Assembly (NCBI RefSeq): GCF_006345805.1
Contig: NW_021832217.1
Location: 1-31,801, forward strand
DNA: 31,801 bases
Direction of reading: 5' to 3'
From: Octopus sinensis
Taxonomy: Eukaryota
Position 1 is the stretch's first letter. Each line of letters starts with the position of its first letter. Under the pieces are notes generated by a model that worked only from the letters and a program-made list of their open reading frames with translations, searched no databases and was not told the origin of the DNA. A program made the position numbers and the translations under genes. Below, piece after piece: positions 1-10,442 of the stretch.

Positions 1-257
1 TGCGAAGTCGTCGCTGATTAGGTTTTCTGGAACTTACCACTAATCAACGGCATATGGACTCAATGAAGGACAATCTGGCGCCTAATTATAAGGAATAATA
101 GCATTGCAAAAAAAAAAAAAATTTTTAAATCTATTGTGCATTTGCGTTAAGCTCTTCTATCAGGGAATCCGCTAAAAACCTGAAGAGTACTACATATTTA
201 AGAAAAAATATATAAAAAAGGGAAATAATAATTTGATATCTAATAATTCTTTTTAAT

Positions 258-450
258 TCTAGCAACAAGCCAGTAATGTTGATGGGGAGGGGTTAGACGG
301 TTACATGGACCGCAGTGTTTAATTGGTGGGTATTTTATCGACCCCGAAAGGATGAAAAGCAAAGTCGAGCTCGGCGGAATTAGAAGCCAGAACGTATAGC
401 CGAACGAAATACTCTTAACCATGTTTGTCCGGCCAGTCAGCTCACCGCTC
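258..450 (-). mobile_element. tRNA-derived SINE, family A (diverged copy)
   Basis: Reverse complement of the GGCGGCGAGCTGGCAG...GTTCAAATTCCGCCGAGGTCGACTTTGCCTTTCATCCTTTCGGGGTCGATAAA core seen at 758-942, 9423-9650 and 20056-20286; degenerate flanking repeat ATTTGAT-nnn-TAATAAT at ~231-247 and ~453-469. Confidence 0.75.
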
Positions 451-507
451 CAATTTGATGTATAATAATACTATTTTCATACATTTACATTTTATCCAGT
501 TTTAACA

Positions 508-640
508 ATATATATATATATATATATGTATATGTATGTATGTATGTATGTATGTATTTATGTATGTATGTATGTATGTATGTATGTATGTATGTATGTA
601 TGTATGTATGTATATGTAGTATGTATATGTATATATATGT
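508..640. repeat. (TA)n/(TATG)n microsatellite
   Basis: Directly visible. Confidence 0.95.
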
Positions 641-757
641 ATATGTTTGCATATAAATATAAGATCCAGGAATCGAGGTGTAGGTAGAAAATTAGCTTCA
701 AGTAATCCGTAATAAATATAAAAAGAAAACAACTTTCAGGGACATTAGTGGTTTATT

Positions 758-942
758 TTTTTCTACTTTAGTCACAAGGCCCGAAAGTTTGGGGGAGGGG
801 GCCAGTCGATTAGATTGACCCTAGTGGTACTTAATTTATCGACCCCGAAAGGATGAAAGGCAAAGTCGACCTCGGCGGAATTTGAACTCACAACGTAACG
901 GCAGCCGAAATACCGCTAACGTTTCTGCCAGCTCGCCGCCTT
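758..942 (-). mobile_element. tRNA-derived SINE, family A, with 16-bp TSD
   Basis: Minus strand begins AAGGCGGCGAGCTGGCAGAAACG (A-box-like) and contains GAGTTCAAATTCC (B-box); flanked by ACATTAGT(G/C)GTTTATT at 742-757 and 943-958. Confidence 0.9.
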
Positions 943-1058
943 ACATTAGTCGTTTATTGAGACGGAAGGTTGTGGATCTTTTTTGTATGGATGTACGATG
1001 AACCGCAAAAGTTCTTTTTATATTCTACGGTAGGCAACCATGGTTGCCGGGTGTGCGA

Positions 1059-1239
1059 ATAAGAATACAAGTGTTACGGAATGGACTAGATAATATCCAG
1101 GCTACATATATTTCATAGCAAGCGGCACCTTAGAATTAGTAAATATCCGGGCTATTTACCACTTCTGAGGTTCCGCTCGCTACGAAAAATATGTAGCCCG
1201 GATCTTATCCACACCATTCCGTAACACTTATATTCTTAT
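1059..1239. mobile_element. Foldback / MITE-like long palindrome
   Basis: Two ~89-bp arms in inverted orientation, ungapped, about 14 mismatches by hand count, separated by a 3-nt loop (CGG). Confidence 0.7.
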
Positions 1240-1247
1240 ATATACGC

Positions 1248-1266
1248 GTGTGTGTGTGTGTGTGTG

Positions 1267-1307
<41 letters not shown>

Positions 1308-1378
1308 TAGTGTGTGTGTGAAAAGGTAGATAACTAGCTAGCTAGCTAGCTAGATAGATAGATAGTTAGACAGATAGA
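1248..1378. repeat. (TG)n followed by (TAGC)n/(TAGA)n
   Basis: Directly visible. Confidence 0.9.
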
Positions 1379-2093
1379 ATGTATGACGTTAGATTTTAAT
1401 TTTTGTCGTTCAAACCGTCTAATGTTTATTGGCAATGATTCAAGAAAAATATCGAATGTCTGATTTTTGGAGTAGACCATACTTTCCAGATGGCGTATTT
1501 GTTTCTCTTTTGCTTCTTAACGACTAGTTTTTTGTGGACCTGCTTAACATTTAAAATAAATACAAGTTATTCAACTCAGTACAAAATTTTAAAATAATGA
1601 ATTCTAAATAAAAAAAAAATTCGTAGGCTTATGGCCAAGAATTATAGAAGAAAGTATGGTTCATTCAATAAGAAAATAACCGAATCATTAGAATGTCGAC
1701 CACAATGCCTTGTATTGTTTAGTACGCTTCATCTACTTTCTGTGCTTAGCCCATTCACTGCCAACTTTTTAATTCATATACATTTGGCTTTGCCAGGTGT
1801 TTTAGGAGTTAAAATAATATATAATATTTAAATTTTCTTCATATGTGAATTATTTTGGAAATTATGATAAATTTTTCGAAATGTCTCAAATGGGGATCGC
1901 TGAAAAAAACATATTTATCCTTTTCTATTCAATTGAAGTAATAAACATTTTAGCTTTTTTTTAAAACTTTAGTATAAAATACGAAGAGATGAGATGGGTA
2001 GAAGTGAAGAGAGGAAGTAGATGTCAGATGAAGAGAGGCAGTAGGTGTCAGTTGAAGAGAGGAGAGGAGTCAGATGTAGATAGGAGGGGAGAG

Positions 2094-2385
2094 TCAGATG
2101 AAGAGAGGAGGGGAGTTGATCCCATATGGAAGAAAGGAGCGAAGCGAAGATTAATTCTTGTTCACGGTGAAGGCGAGAAACCGGATGGTCCATGTGCAAA
2201 GACAATCCGAACACAGACATATGTTGTAGTGAATGACCGGTAGAGCGGAAATGGTGCGAGACCGGGCTGTCATTGCCGAGTATGTTGTCTCGGAATTGCT
2301 CTGAGAAACGGTCAGCCAAGCGGCGTCCCGTTTGACAGATGTACAGGGAAGGGCAGAAAGAGCAGGAGATGCAGTAAATAGATTC
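2094..2385 (-). pseudogene. Penelope-like retroelement, GIY-YIG endonuclease C-terminal fragment (frameshifted)
   Basis: Joining frames gives IYCISCSFCPSLYICQTGRRLADRFSEQFRDNILGNDSPVSHHFRSTGHSLQHMSVFGL...REQELIF / LRSFLPYGINSPPLFI*, matching the IY..YIG.T-RF.EH...RE..PxGIN layout of PLE endonucleases. Confidence 0.8.
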
Positions 2386-2823
2386 AGCTGAATAAGGTAC
2401 TTAAATAGAGGCACCTTGTTAGGACGAACTAATTTGTACACTCAGACAATATTAGGTGAGTATCAAACTCTACATAGAATTTTTTCCACCCGATATTCAT
2501 GCAATGTATGCAGATGGCACGATCCAACATAATGTATAAATCCGCTCTTGTTTGTTCAGATATGTACTTTATATAAAAATACTTTCCATAATACTTCCGA
2601 AGTGCAGATTCCAGGGTAGGTAAGTAAAATATAAATTAATAATGTCTAAAAATCAAAATAGCTACCCGACAACTCCACTTCATTAAAACATGCATCTCCT
2701 CCTAGCTATATACGAAATCTATTAATTCGGCAGTCAAGCGTTTAGGACTCACAGAGCATCAAGCAAGAAAATTAAAACACGCGATGTTACAAAATATCAA
2801 AAAGAAAATATACACAGAAATCA

Positions 2824-3248
2824 GGCGCAGGAGTGGCTGTGTGGTAAGTAGCTTGCTTACCAACCACATGGCTCCAGGTTCAATCCCACTGCGTGGCACC
2901 TTGGTCAAGTTTCTTCTACTATAGCCATGGGCCGACCAAAGCCTTGTGAGTGGATTTGGTAGACGGAAACTAAAAGAATCCCGTCGTATATATGTATATA
3001 AATGTATATATACATGTGTGTGTGTGTATGTGTGTGTGTGTGTGAGTGTGTGTGTATGTATGTATATGTTTGTGTGTCTGTGTTTTTTCCCCCAACATCA
3101 CTGTATAACTGATGCTGGTGTGTTTACGTCCCCGTAACTTGGCGGTTCGGTTAAAGAGACAAATATAATAAGTCCTGGAGTTAATTTGCTCGACTAAAGG
3201 CGATGCTCCAGCATGTGCGCAGTCAAATTACTGAAACAACTAAAAGAA
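2824..3248 (+). mobile_element. tRNA-derived SINE, family B (CORE-like body, internal microsatellite)
   Basis: Head GGCGCAGGAGTGGCTGTGTGGTAAG, B-box GGTTCAATCCC, CCTTGGTCAAGT CORE-like motif, internal (TA)/(TG) tract, A-rich tail; homologous to 12586-13061. Confidence 0.9.
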
Positions 3249-3562
3249 CAGTGGTGTTTTTCATGAATTGAAAAACACCACTACACAAAAACACCATTAC
3301 ATCACACGAAAGAGACAGATTCATGACAAGCATCCACCAAGAACACCACCCAGTAAAAAGTTGCCTATAAAAAACTCTTTAACAATAAACCCAAGTGGAT
3401 GAAACAACAGCAACAAGGATCTCAGTGTGATAAGATTCATCACAGATACTCAAACAATATCGACAAGATCGTAATGTCGGAATGTAAACTACTAGAGGAC
3501 TTCGGCGCCAAGACACTGAAAAACAATACCGCCACCACCACCACCAACAACAACAGCAACGT

Positions 3563-3699
3563 GGAGGCGCAATGGCCCAGTGGTTAGGGCAGCGGACTCG
3601 CGGTCGTAAGAACGCGGTTTCGATTCCCAGACCGGGCATTGTGAGTGTTTATTGAGCAAAAACACCTAAGCTCCACGAGGCTCCGGCGGTGGTGGGGGA
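3563..3699 (+). mobile_element. tRNA-derived SINE, family C (3'-truncated)
   Basis: A-box TGGCCCAGTGG and B-box GGTTTCGATTCC followed by a CORE-like GTGTTTATTGAGCAAAAACACCTAA; no canonical cloverleaf 3' end, so not a tRNA gene. Confidence 0.75.
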
Positions 3700-3940
3700 T
3701 GTCTTCAAAGTGGTTCTTATGCTAGCCAATATTGCACATGCAACAGACAATGAATCGGTTTCTAACCTAGATCATTAGAATTTCAACATCAACTCTAGCA
3801 TATTTTTTATGTATGTATGTATACTGATTCTGTTATTATCATTTTTAAATGTCACACTAGATAATAATAGAGTCAATGATATCTTCGCAAATTATTTTCT
3901 CGTGATTATATTTTTCTCGTGAATTATCGCTCCGTATGTA

Positions 3941-4243
<303 letters not shown>

Positions 4244-4349
4244 TCTTGCTTTTAATTTTGGTGAACCATCTGTGAAAAGAACGAAAGCGCTAAGAAAGAA
4301 CTATTCAAAATTCTGACTGCCTTACAATATTTGCACACCACTTCAAACA

Positions 4350-4351
<2 letters not shown>

Positions 4352-4398
<47 letters not shown>

Positions 4399-4400
4399 AC
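4352..4400. repeat. (CA)n microsatellite
   Basis: Directly visible. Confidence 0.95.
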
Positions 4401-4819
4401 ACGATAATGTTGTTTCCGAAAATGAAGTTTTTATAGACCAGCTATGAGGGATCAAAAGAACTTCGGTAAAAATCACGGTATCCATGACCCTCGCGTCTTC
4501 GTAACAGTATCAAGGATAACAATTCCTAATATGTCCCTCAATATTCAAGAAATGGGATATGCTATGAAAGAGATTTGACTGCTATATCGAGCAGTTCCTT
4601 TGAACTACTTCAGTCCAGAAGCAGACTCCAATAATTCAAGAAAACTAACTACGCCGTATCTAAATGTCAATAACGAATATTTTATCAGATGTGTGCATGT
4701 TTTAAAACGTTGGTTTGATGACTTCGAAAAGGCAGGAGTCTGAATTTTCTATAATGACGAACTTTAACATTTATTCCCCCAAACTGGTATTTTATTTTGT
4801 ACTTTAGCAGCTTAGGCAG

Positions 4820-4985
4820 GTAAAAGAAAAACCGGTAGTCTTCCCAACTATTATCGCTTCAATAACCGCCAGAAGACGCCATGAAAAGAAAATCTTAGAA
4901 TTGATGAGTTCTGTAATGTCGGATAGTAATTCACTGAATTCAAATGCTAATCGTTTATGTGTTTGCCGCTCAAGCACGAAGACAA
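4820..4985 (-). pseudogene. Possible ionotropic-receptor-like relic (end of S1 to M1 segment)
   Basis: Open frame FVLERQTHKRLAFEFSELLSDITELINSKIFFSWRLLAVIEAIIVG loosely follows ER..DF..P..D.T.+L..F.W + hydrophobic M1. By-eye resemblance only; supported by colinearity with 8758-8936 and 19255-19772. Confidence 0.2.
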
Positions 4986-4989
4986 AGAA

Positions 4990-4996
4990 TAATAAC

Positions 4997-5049
<53 letters not shown>

Positions 5050-5285
5050 TGATGATGATGATAATGATAATAGCAGCAGCAGTAGCAACAACAACAATAA
5101 TAATAATAACAATAATACTAATAATAAGATAATAATATTAATAATAATAATAATAATAATAATATAATAATACAATAATAATAATAATAATGATGATGAT
5201 GATGATGATAATGATAATAGCAGCAGCAGTAGCAACAACAACAATAATAATAATAACAATAATACTAATAATAATGATTAATAAT

Positions 5286-5323
<38 letters not shown>

Positions 5324-5505
5324 GTAGATAGTAAGTAGTAGTAGTAGTTAGCAACAGCAGCCAGCAGCAGTAGAGTAGTAGTAGTAGAGTAGTAGTAGTA
5401 GTAGTAGTTAGTAGAGTAGAAGAAGTAGAAGAAAGAGAAGAAAAGAAGAAGAAGAAGAAAGCAAGAAAGAAGAAGAAGAAGAAGAAGAAGAAGAAGAGAA
5501 AGAAA
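4990..5505. repeat. Compound trinucleotide microsatellite (AAT/GAT/AGC/AAC to AGT to AGA)
   Basis: Directly visible; contains an internally duplicated ~147-bp block. Confidence 0.95.
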
Positions 5506-6230
5506 TGAACAAATAAAAGAAAAACCATGGAAGGAAAAGAAAATGTACGGTCAGTTTGCAAGAGATGTGAACGCCAAGACAGATATAGAGGACCGGTGAC
5601 TATGGATGAGAAGGAGTGACCTGAAGAGAAATAGAGAAGCACTCATATGCGCTGCTGTGGAAGAATTGTTAAGGACAAATTATATGAAGTGAAGAACTGA
5701 TAACACAACCGATAGCAACAAATGCAGAATCTGTGGTGAGATGGTTGAAACGCTATGGCACATCGTTATCGAATGAATGCCCGAAAATAGCACAATGCAA
5801 ATATAAAAGGCGCCATGAAAATGTGGCAAGAATGATCCATTGAGAGCTCTGTGGAAATCACGGTCTACAAAGAGCAAAATCGTGGTATGAGAAAACTCCA
5901 GAATGTGTCACCGAAAATGAGAATTGCAAAATCTTGTTGGATGTAATAGTCCAGAGCGATCACCCGACCAGACATCGGAAACTGGACATTGTTGTGGTGA
6001 ATGAAAAAGAAAGAACGTATATGATAATCGACATAACATGCCTCGGTGATAAAAGTTTCAATGTGAAAGAAGAAGAAAAATAAACAACTATGACGATTTG
6101 AAGTGGGAAATACAAAGTTTGTCGTTAATGAAAAGAGTAGACGGGATTCCGATAACAATTGGTACAGTTGGAAGTATCAGCACTCAAATACTAGCATGGC
6201 TGAAAAAGATCCGTGCAAGTCTGAAGGTTT
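5506..6230 (+). mobile_element. R4/Dong-like non-LTR retrotransposon fragment A (zinc knuckle + restriction-like endonuclease), decayed
   Basis: WKEKKMYGQF...EALICAAVEELLRTNY...CRICGEMVETLWHIV.EC (CX2CX8HX4C)...KRRHENVA...SWYEKTPE...KLDIVVV...IIDITC...KEEEK.NNYDDLKWEI...PITIGTVG, with stops and frameshifts. Confidence 0.88.
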
Positions 6231-6239
6231 TACTATTAG

Positions 6240-6757
6240 TGTTATTTATGATCATCAACGATATATTGTACGGGCAGGAGTCTAGTATCTGAGAATTATG
6301 TCTGTTAAAGTTGTAATATTTCAGGTTTGAAAGAGTTTTAAGAGTACCGGCTATTTTCAAGTTGATAATGTTCTTTGCATGTGGGCAGTACCGTTGTGAA
6401 GAATTCTTTATAGATTTGATGCCTTGGTGGTTTCCTGGTATTTGACGATAGTATTGAAAATGTCAATTGGTATTGTCCCCAAAGCTCCGATGATCACGGG
6501 TGTAGTTGTTCTTAGATGCCACATTTTGTTTGTGAAACCTCTATTTCAAGGTCCTATATCTACTTAACTTTTCAAATGTTTTTCATAGAAGAATTGCCGT
6601 CTGCTAGGATTGGCATATTTATAAGTAGTAATTTTTGTCAACGTGATATTTTACCACAATTTCTGGTCTATTATCATGAATAGCACGATCGGTTTGATTA
6701 GTAACGTCCCCAAAACGGTGATAATGGTGATGTTTTGATGTTCGGTGACGAGTGTCC
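6240..6757 (-). mobile_element. R4/Dong-like RLE fragment B (endonuclease C-terminus and 3'UTR), decayed
   Basis: Minus-strand pieces FWDV/QTDRAIHDNRPEIVVK/FEKLSRY/LEIEV/MWHLRTT/PVIIGALGTIP/GTAH. The 3' boundary is approximate. Confidence 0.75.
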
Positions 6758-7960
6758 TTAAATCTCAAGAATCTTTCTTAGGTTTTTTGCAAAGAACAGT
6801 ATTGTATTTTTCTGGCGGGTCTCAATTCCAAAACGCTTCATACTTTTTTGTAGCCGCTTGGGTCTTATGCCAAGTGCACTAATTACAATAGGAATAATTG
6901 TCATCTTGTCTTCTTCGTTTTCTTTTCCCTGGCTGGACCCCAATATTTCACAGTTATCTCAATTTCTTTGGTCTCCAGTCTTTCGTCATATCATATTGCA
7001 AATTTATGATGCGACATTGTTTTATGGGGCCAATTTTTATGGGGAAATCCCATGAATTCTTGTAGTCACTTTTCTCCGTTACGCCCTCTGGCTTGTGTTC
7101 ATAACATTTTCCATATTCCTTTGAATCTACACACTCGATTAACATTCCAATGCTCTCTTCTTCCGACACAGTCATTTCTATGCTTATTCCCTTTTGGCGC
7201 TAGCTTACTGCATTTACGTCAAAGATGGTTAATATTTTCGTTCCCTTTCCTCAGATTCTGCGTTTGCAGTCTGAATAAAGTTATCAATCTTTGCCTTTAT
7301 CCAAATCTTCCTAATGGCTTCTTCCTGAGCGGCTATAATCAGTGATTCCATCAGTTGCAACCAGCGTTCTATACGTCTAACATTTTCGGTTTATTGCATG
7401 AAATGGCCATTAAATTCTTTATTTACAGTTTGTTGTGTTGTTGTTCTGTTCTTGAATTCTCTAGTTGTTTCGGTAACGCTTTGGTTATTTCTAGCTGTCG
7501 ATAGTACTCATTCTTTAATACATAAAATCATAGTGTTTTTAAACCCAGTATCGCGTTACTAGCAGTGTATTTTGCGTTTAACACTCCGCTGTCTTCATCT
7601 CTTGGTAGAGAGAGCTTTTCGATAATACTTATAGGGTGCAATGCGTTGTGCATTATTAGTAGCGTCTTAGTTATGTTTATTTCTGTAGCTCTGTCCGTGT
7701 CTATTTTAGGAAAGGCAGAGTATCGTAAAACTGGGATGGCCAATACATTCATTGCTTTGATAATATTTCCTTTACGTAATTTTGTTTCGAGTACTTTCTA
7801 ATTTTTCTCTTGTTCTTTTTGGATATTTTCTCTTTAATTTCTCATTTCATTACCCTATCGTTCTGCAGTACTCCCAGGTAATCGTATCACTCGTTATTTC
7901 TCAGAAATCTGATGATATCTTCTAGTGGTAATTTTATACTGTCAGAATTTATCTTTCGTG
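6758..7960 (-). mobile_element. R4/Dong-like fragment C (RT end, zinc knuckle, RLE through stop), decayed
   Basis: YDYLGVLQ...IKAMNVLAIPVLRYSA...MHNALHP...LPR...ESLIIAAQEEAIR...YEHKPEGV...WDFPI...IIPIVISALG...LRKILEI* (ORF-track pieces 7528-7752, 6954-7175, 6758-6943). Confidence 0.85.
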
Positions 7961-8409
7961 CATGTGCGGGAAATAAGTCAAGATTATTTGAAATCAGTAA
8001 GTCAATATCCTGCATTTTAGAGTTCATTAGTTTGAACTTTTCTTTTGATTCCATGATCGCTTGTGCATGATCGATATTGAATCGATAATATAAGGGAAAA
8101 TATTAACATACGAGTGTCGATGTTTTCCCTGAGAAGCTAAGGTGCTTAGAGAAATCTCTACCATTGAGAATAAATGTTAAAATTTCTCTTAAAGGAAAAG
8201 TCGAATTTGTACTTTTTCGAAGACCTCAGTATCACTTACAGTAAAAAAAAAATATTTGTTTATTATCTGCAAACCTTCAAAGACAGTGAGTGCAATAAAA
8301 TAGACAGCATACATTAAAGAGGGGTTTCCACAAGACGCAAAAAAGAAATTAAAATTAACAACAAATGATAATAGATTATCAAAAAAAAGTACCCAGCAGG
8401 GCCTGACCT

Positions 8410-8723
8410 GGTTATCTGTTGGTTAGGGCCACAAGTGTTCCAGTTGATACGATCAATAGAACAGGCTGCTGCTGAAACTAACTGCAAGTGACAGAACAGT
8501 CCACAAGCACTCGTACCCATGACGTAGTTCTTAGGGAGATTCACTGTGACAGTTTGTGATAAAGCTGGAACTTCGAATTACAGGTACAACTCATTTTTGC
8601 CAACTGAGTGAACAAGAAGCAGGTTGTCTTGCTTAAGGACAGAACGCGCCGCCGGGAATCGAATTCGCGACCTCACGATTCGATCGTGAGCTTAATACTC
8701 GAGCCACTAATCCATGCAGCCAC
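8410..8723 (-). mobile_element. tRNA-derived CORE-type SINE, family D (diverged)
   Basis: Minus strand: TGGATTAGTGG A-box, GAATTCGATTCCC B-box, then GTCCTTAAGCAAGAC...CACTCAGTTGGCAAAAATGAGT CORE-like domain. Confidence 0.7.
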
Positions 8724-8757
8724 ATTTATCCAACAGGATCAAGAAGTAACTCTCTAC

Positions 8758-8936
8758 TTTCTGGATTACCATGTCCACCACGGATTAGTGCACTCTCTCA
8801 GCTGTCATATCCCGGCCTGCTGATGCACATATGTAACAGGTTTGTTTATTCGTTCCATGTTTGCCAATTGTACCAGCATTTCAATAAAATTGCTGCCATG
8901 CTGCAAGTAGATCCTTTTCTACCCTTAACTCCTTAC
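8758..8936 (-). pseudogene. Possible ionotropic glutamate/IR receptor S1 exon relic
   Basis: Acceptor TTTCATTTAG at 8937. GSNFIEMLVQLANM...TYV..QAGI*.../ *SVVDMVIQK then GT resembles GFCI(D/E)LL..LA...F.Y..P.DG.WG..W.G+VGM+..K, with both stops at the expected Trp positions. Confidence 0.4.
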
Positions 8937-9422
8937 CTAAATGAAAGTTTAAAATGTCGGGAAATGCTTGACCAAAGGAAATAGCACTCTGCCTTCAGTA
9001 CTTTCGGTCATATCCTCTACATAACTTCTTTTGGCAAAACTTACGGACAAAAAAAATACTGCTTGCCCTCCTGACGAAAAGAAGGAAGCTAGGTGATATT
9101 GTCGAGGGATTACGAAAAATGCTGGACCCATCCTACACGTGACAACAATACTTGTATATCGAATGAATGGCTGCAAAGCTGTTTCGTTGTTTTGCCTGCA
9201 TCTTGGACTTGCAGGCTGACGAAACTTCTACACCTGTAGAGTTGGGTATGAACTGGTAGTGTTTCCACTCCGAAGCACTACCTGGCTTGGCACTGCTAAA
9301 AAGTCACCTGAATGAAATTTCTCCTCAAGAGACCCGGAAGTTGATTCTCGGTGATGTCGAAAGTTCTTACCAGAATGTTGTCGGATACCACAAGTCCTCT
9401 ATAGAAAACTAACGAGGAAAAA

Positions 9423-9650
9423 GGCGGCGAGCTGGCAGAAACGTTAGCATGCCGGGCGAAGTTAGCATGCCGTTACGTTCTGAGTTCAAATTCCGCCGAG
9501 ATCGATTTTGCCTTTCATCCTTTCGGGGTCGATAAATTAATTACCAGTTGAGTACTGAGGTCGATGTAATCGACCTAATCCCTTTGTCTGTTCTTGTTTG
9601 TCCCCTCTATGTTTAGTCCCTTGTGGGCAATAAAGAAATAAGAAAAATAA
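9423..9650 (+). mobile_element. tRNA-derived SINE, family A
   Basis: GGCGGCGAGCTGGCAGAAACGTTAGC head, GAGTTCAAATTCC B-box, conserved body and A-rich tail; internal GTTAGCATGCCG duplicated. Confidence 0.9.
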
Positions 9651-9945
9651 CAAGAAAATTCTACCGGAAGCTTTGCCTTAACAGTAGAGAGCAGTGAGCG
9701 CCTAGAAAAATTCCAGATATTAGCTGTCCAGCTTTGTTTATATACAAGAATGCTGTTGACTGTCACTAACATTCTTGTATAAAAATAAAATATATATATA
9801 TACATATGTGTGTGTGTACATGCCTCAATTTATATAAATTTCGTGTGTATGTATGTGTATATATACATACACATACATGCATACATGTATATACATATAA
9901 ACATAGTGGAAATAGAGTGATACAGATTATTGATATTAAAAATAA

Positions 9946-10176
9946 GGCGGCGAACTGGTAGAATCGTTAGCACACCGGACATAAATGCTTAGTGGCACTT
10001 CGTCTGTTTTTACGTCCTGACTTCAAATACCATCGTGGCCGTTCCTCTGTTTCTAAGTTCAAATTCTGCCGAGGTCGACTTTGCTTTTCCTTCTTTCGGG
10101 GTCGTTCAAATAACTACTAGTCGAAAGCTCCTTCCCCCAAATTTCAGGCCTTTTACCTATAGAAGAAAAGATTATT
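9946..10176 (+). mobile_element. tRNA-derived SINE, family A, with duplicated B-box segment
   Basis: Head GGCGGCGAACTGGTAGAATCG; two B-box-like copies CTGACTTCAAATAC and CTAAGTTCAAATTC. Confidence 0.8.
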
Positions 10177-10356
10177 AAAAGGAAGAATATATCAGGGACA
10201 AAACTCACCGATCCCTATCCAGTGTTACATACAAAGAGAGAACTGGAAAACTTCTATTTACTGACATTATCCAAGTATAATCTCTCTCGCATGTTTATAA
10301 TACTTAAATAAACGAAGCGGGATAATTTGTCCGACACATGATCAGCATTGATTGAA

Positions 10357-10442
10357 TACAAGGTGGTATCAAAAAGTTCCTGGACTAGTTCTCTAGCGCA
10401 CCAAGAGATGGCAGCACACAGTTACGTGCGCATGAGAACTAG
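10357..10442 (+). mobile_element. Solo Tc1/mariner-like terminus with subterminal hairpin
   Basis: TA-CAAGGTGGTATCAAAAAGTTCCTGG resembles the TIRs at 19847 and 20686; no partner TIR found nearby. Confidence 0.45.

Noticed and set aside
1033-1048. RFX X-box
   Set aside because: Half-sites are in the reverse arrangement (GGCAAC...GTTGCC) relative to the canonical GTTGCC-ATG-GCAAC.
3280-3520. Minus-strand TWVYC*RVFYRQ...SWWMLVM as receptor M2/M3
   Set aside because: The spacing between the supposed M2 and M3 motifs is too short; likely pattern over-reading.
3563-3640. Possible tRNA gene
   Set aside because: A and B boxes are present, but there is no proper acceptor stem or anticodon arm and it runs into a SINE body.
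9000-9412. Protein-like plus frame (FRSYPL...YHKSSIEN*)
   Set aside because: Three internal stops in ~140 codons is not clearly better than chance, and no family is recognised.
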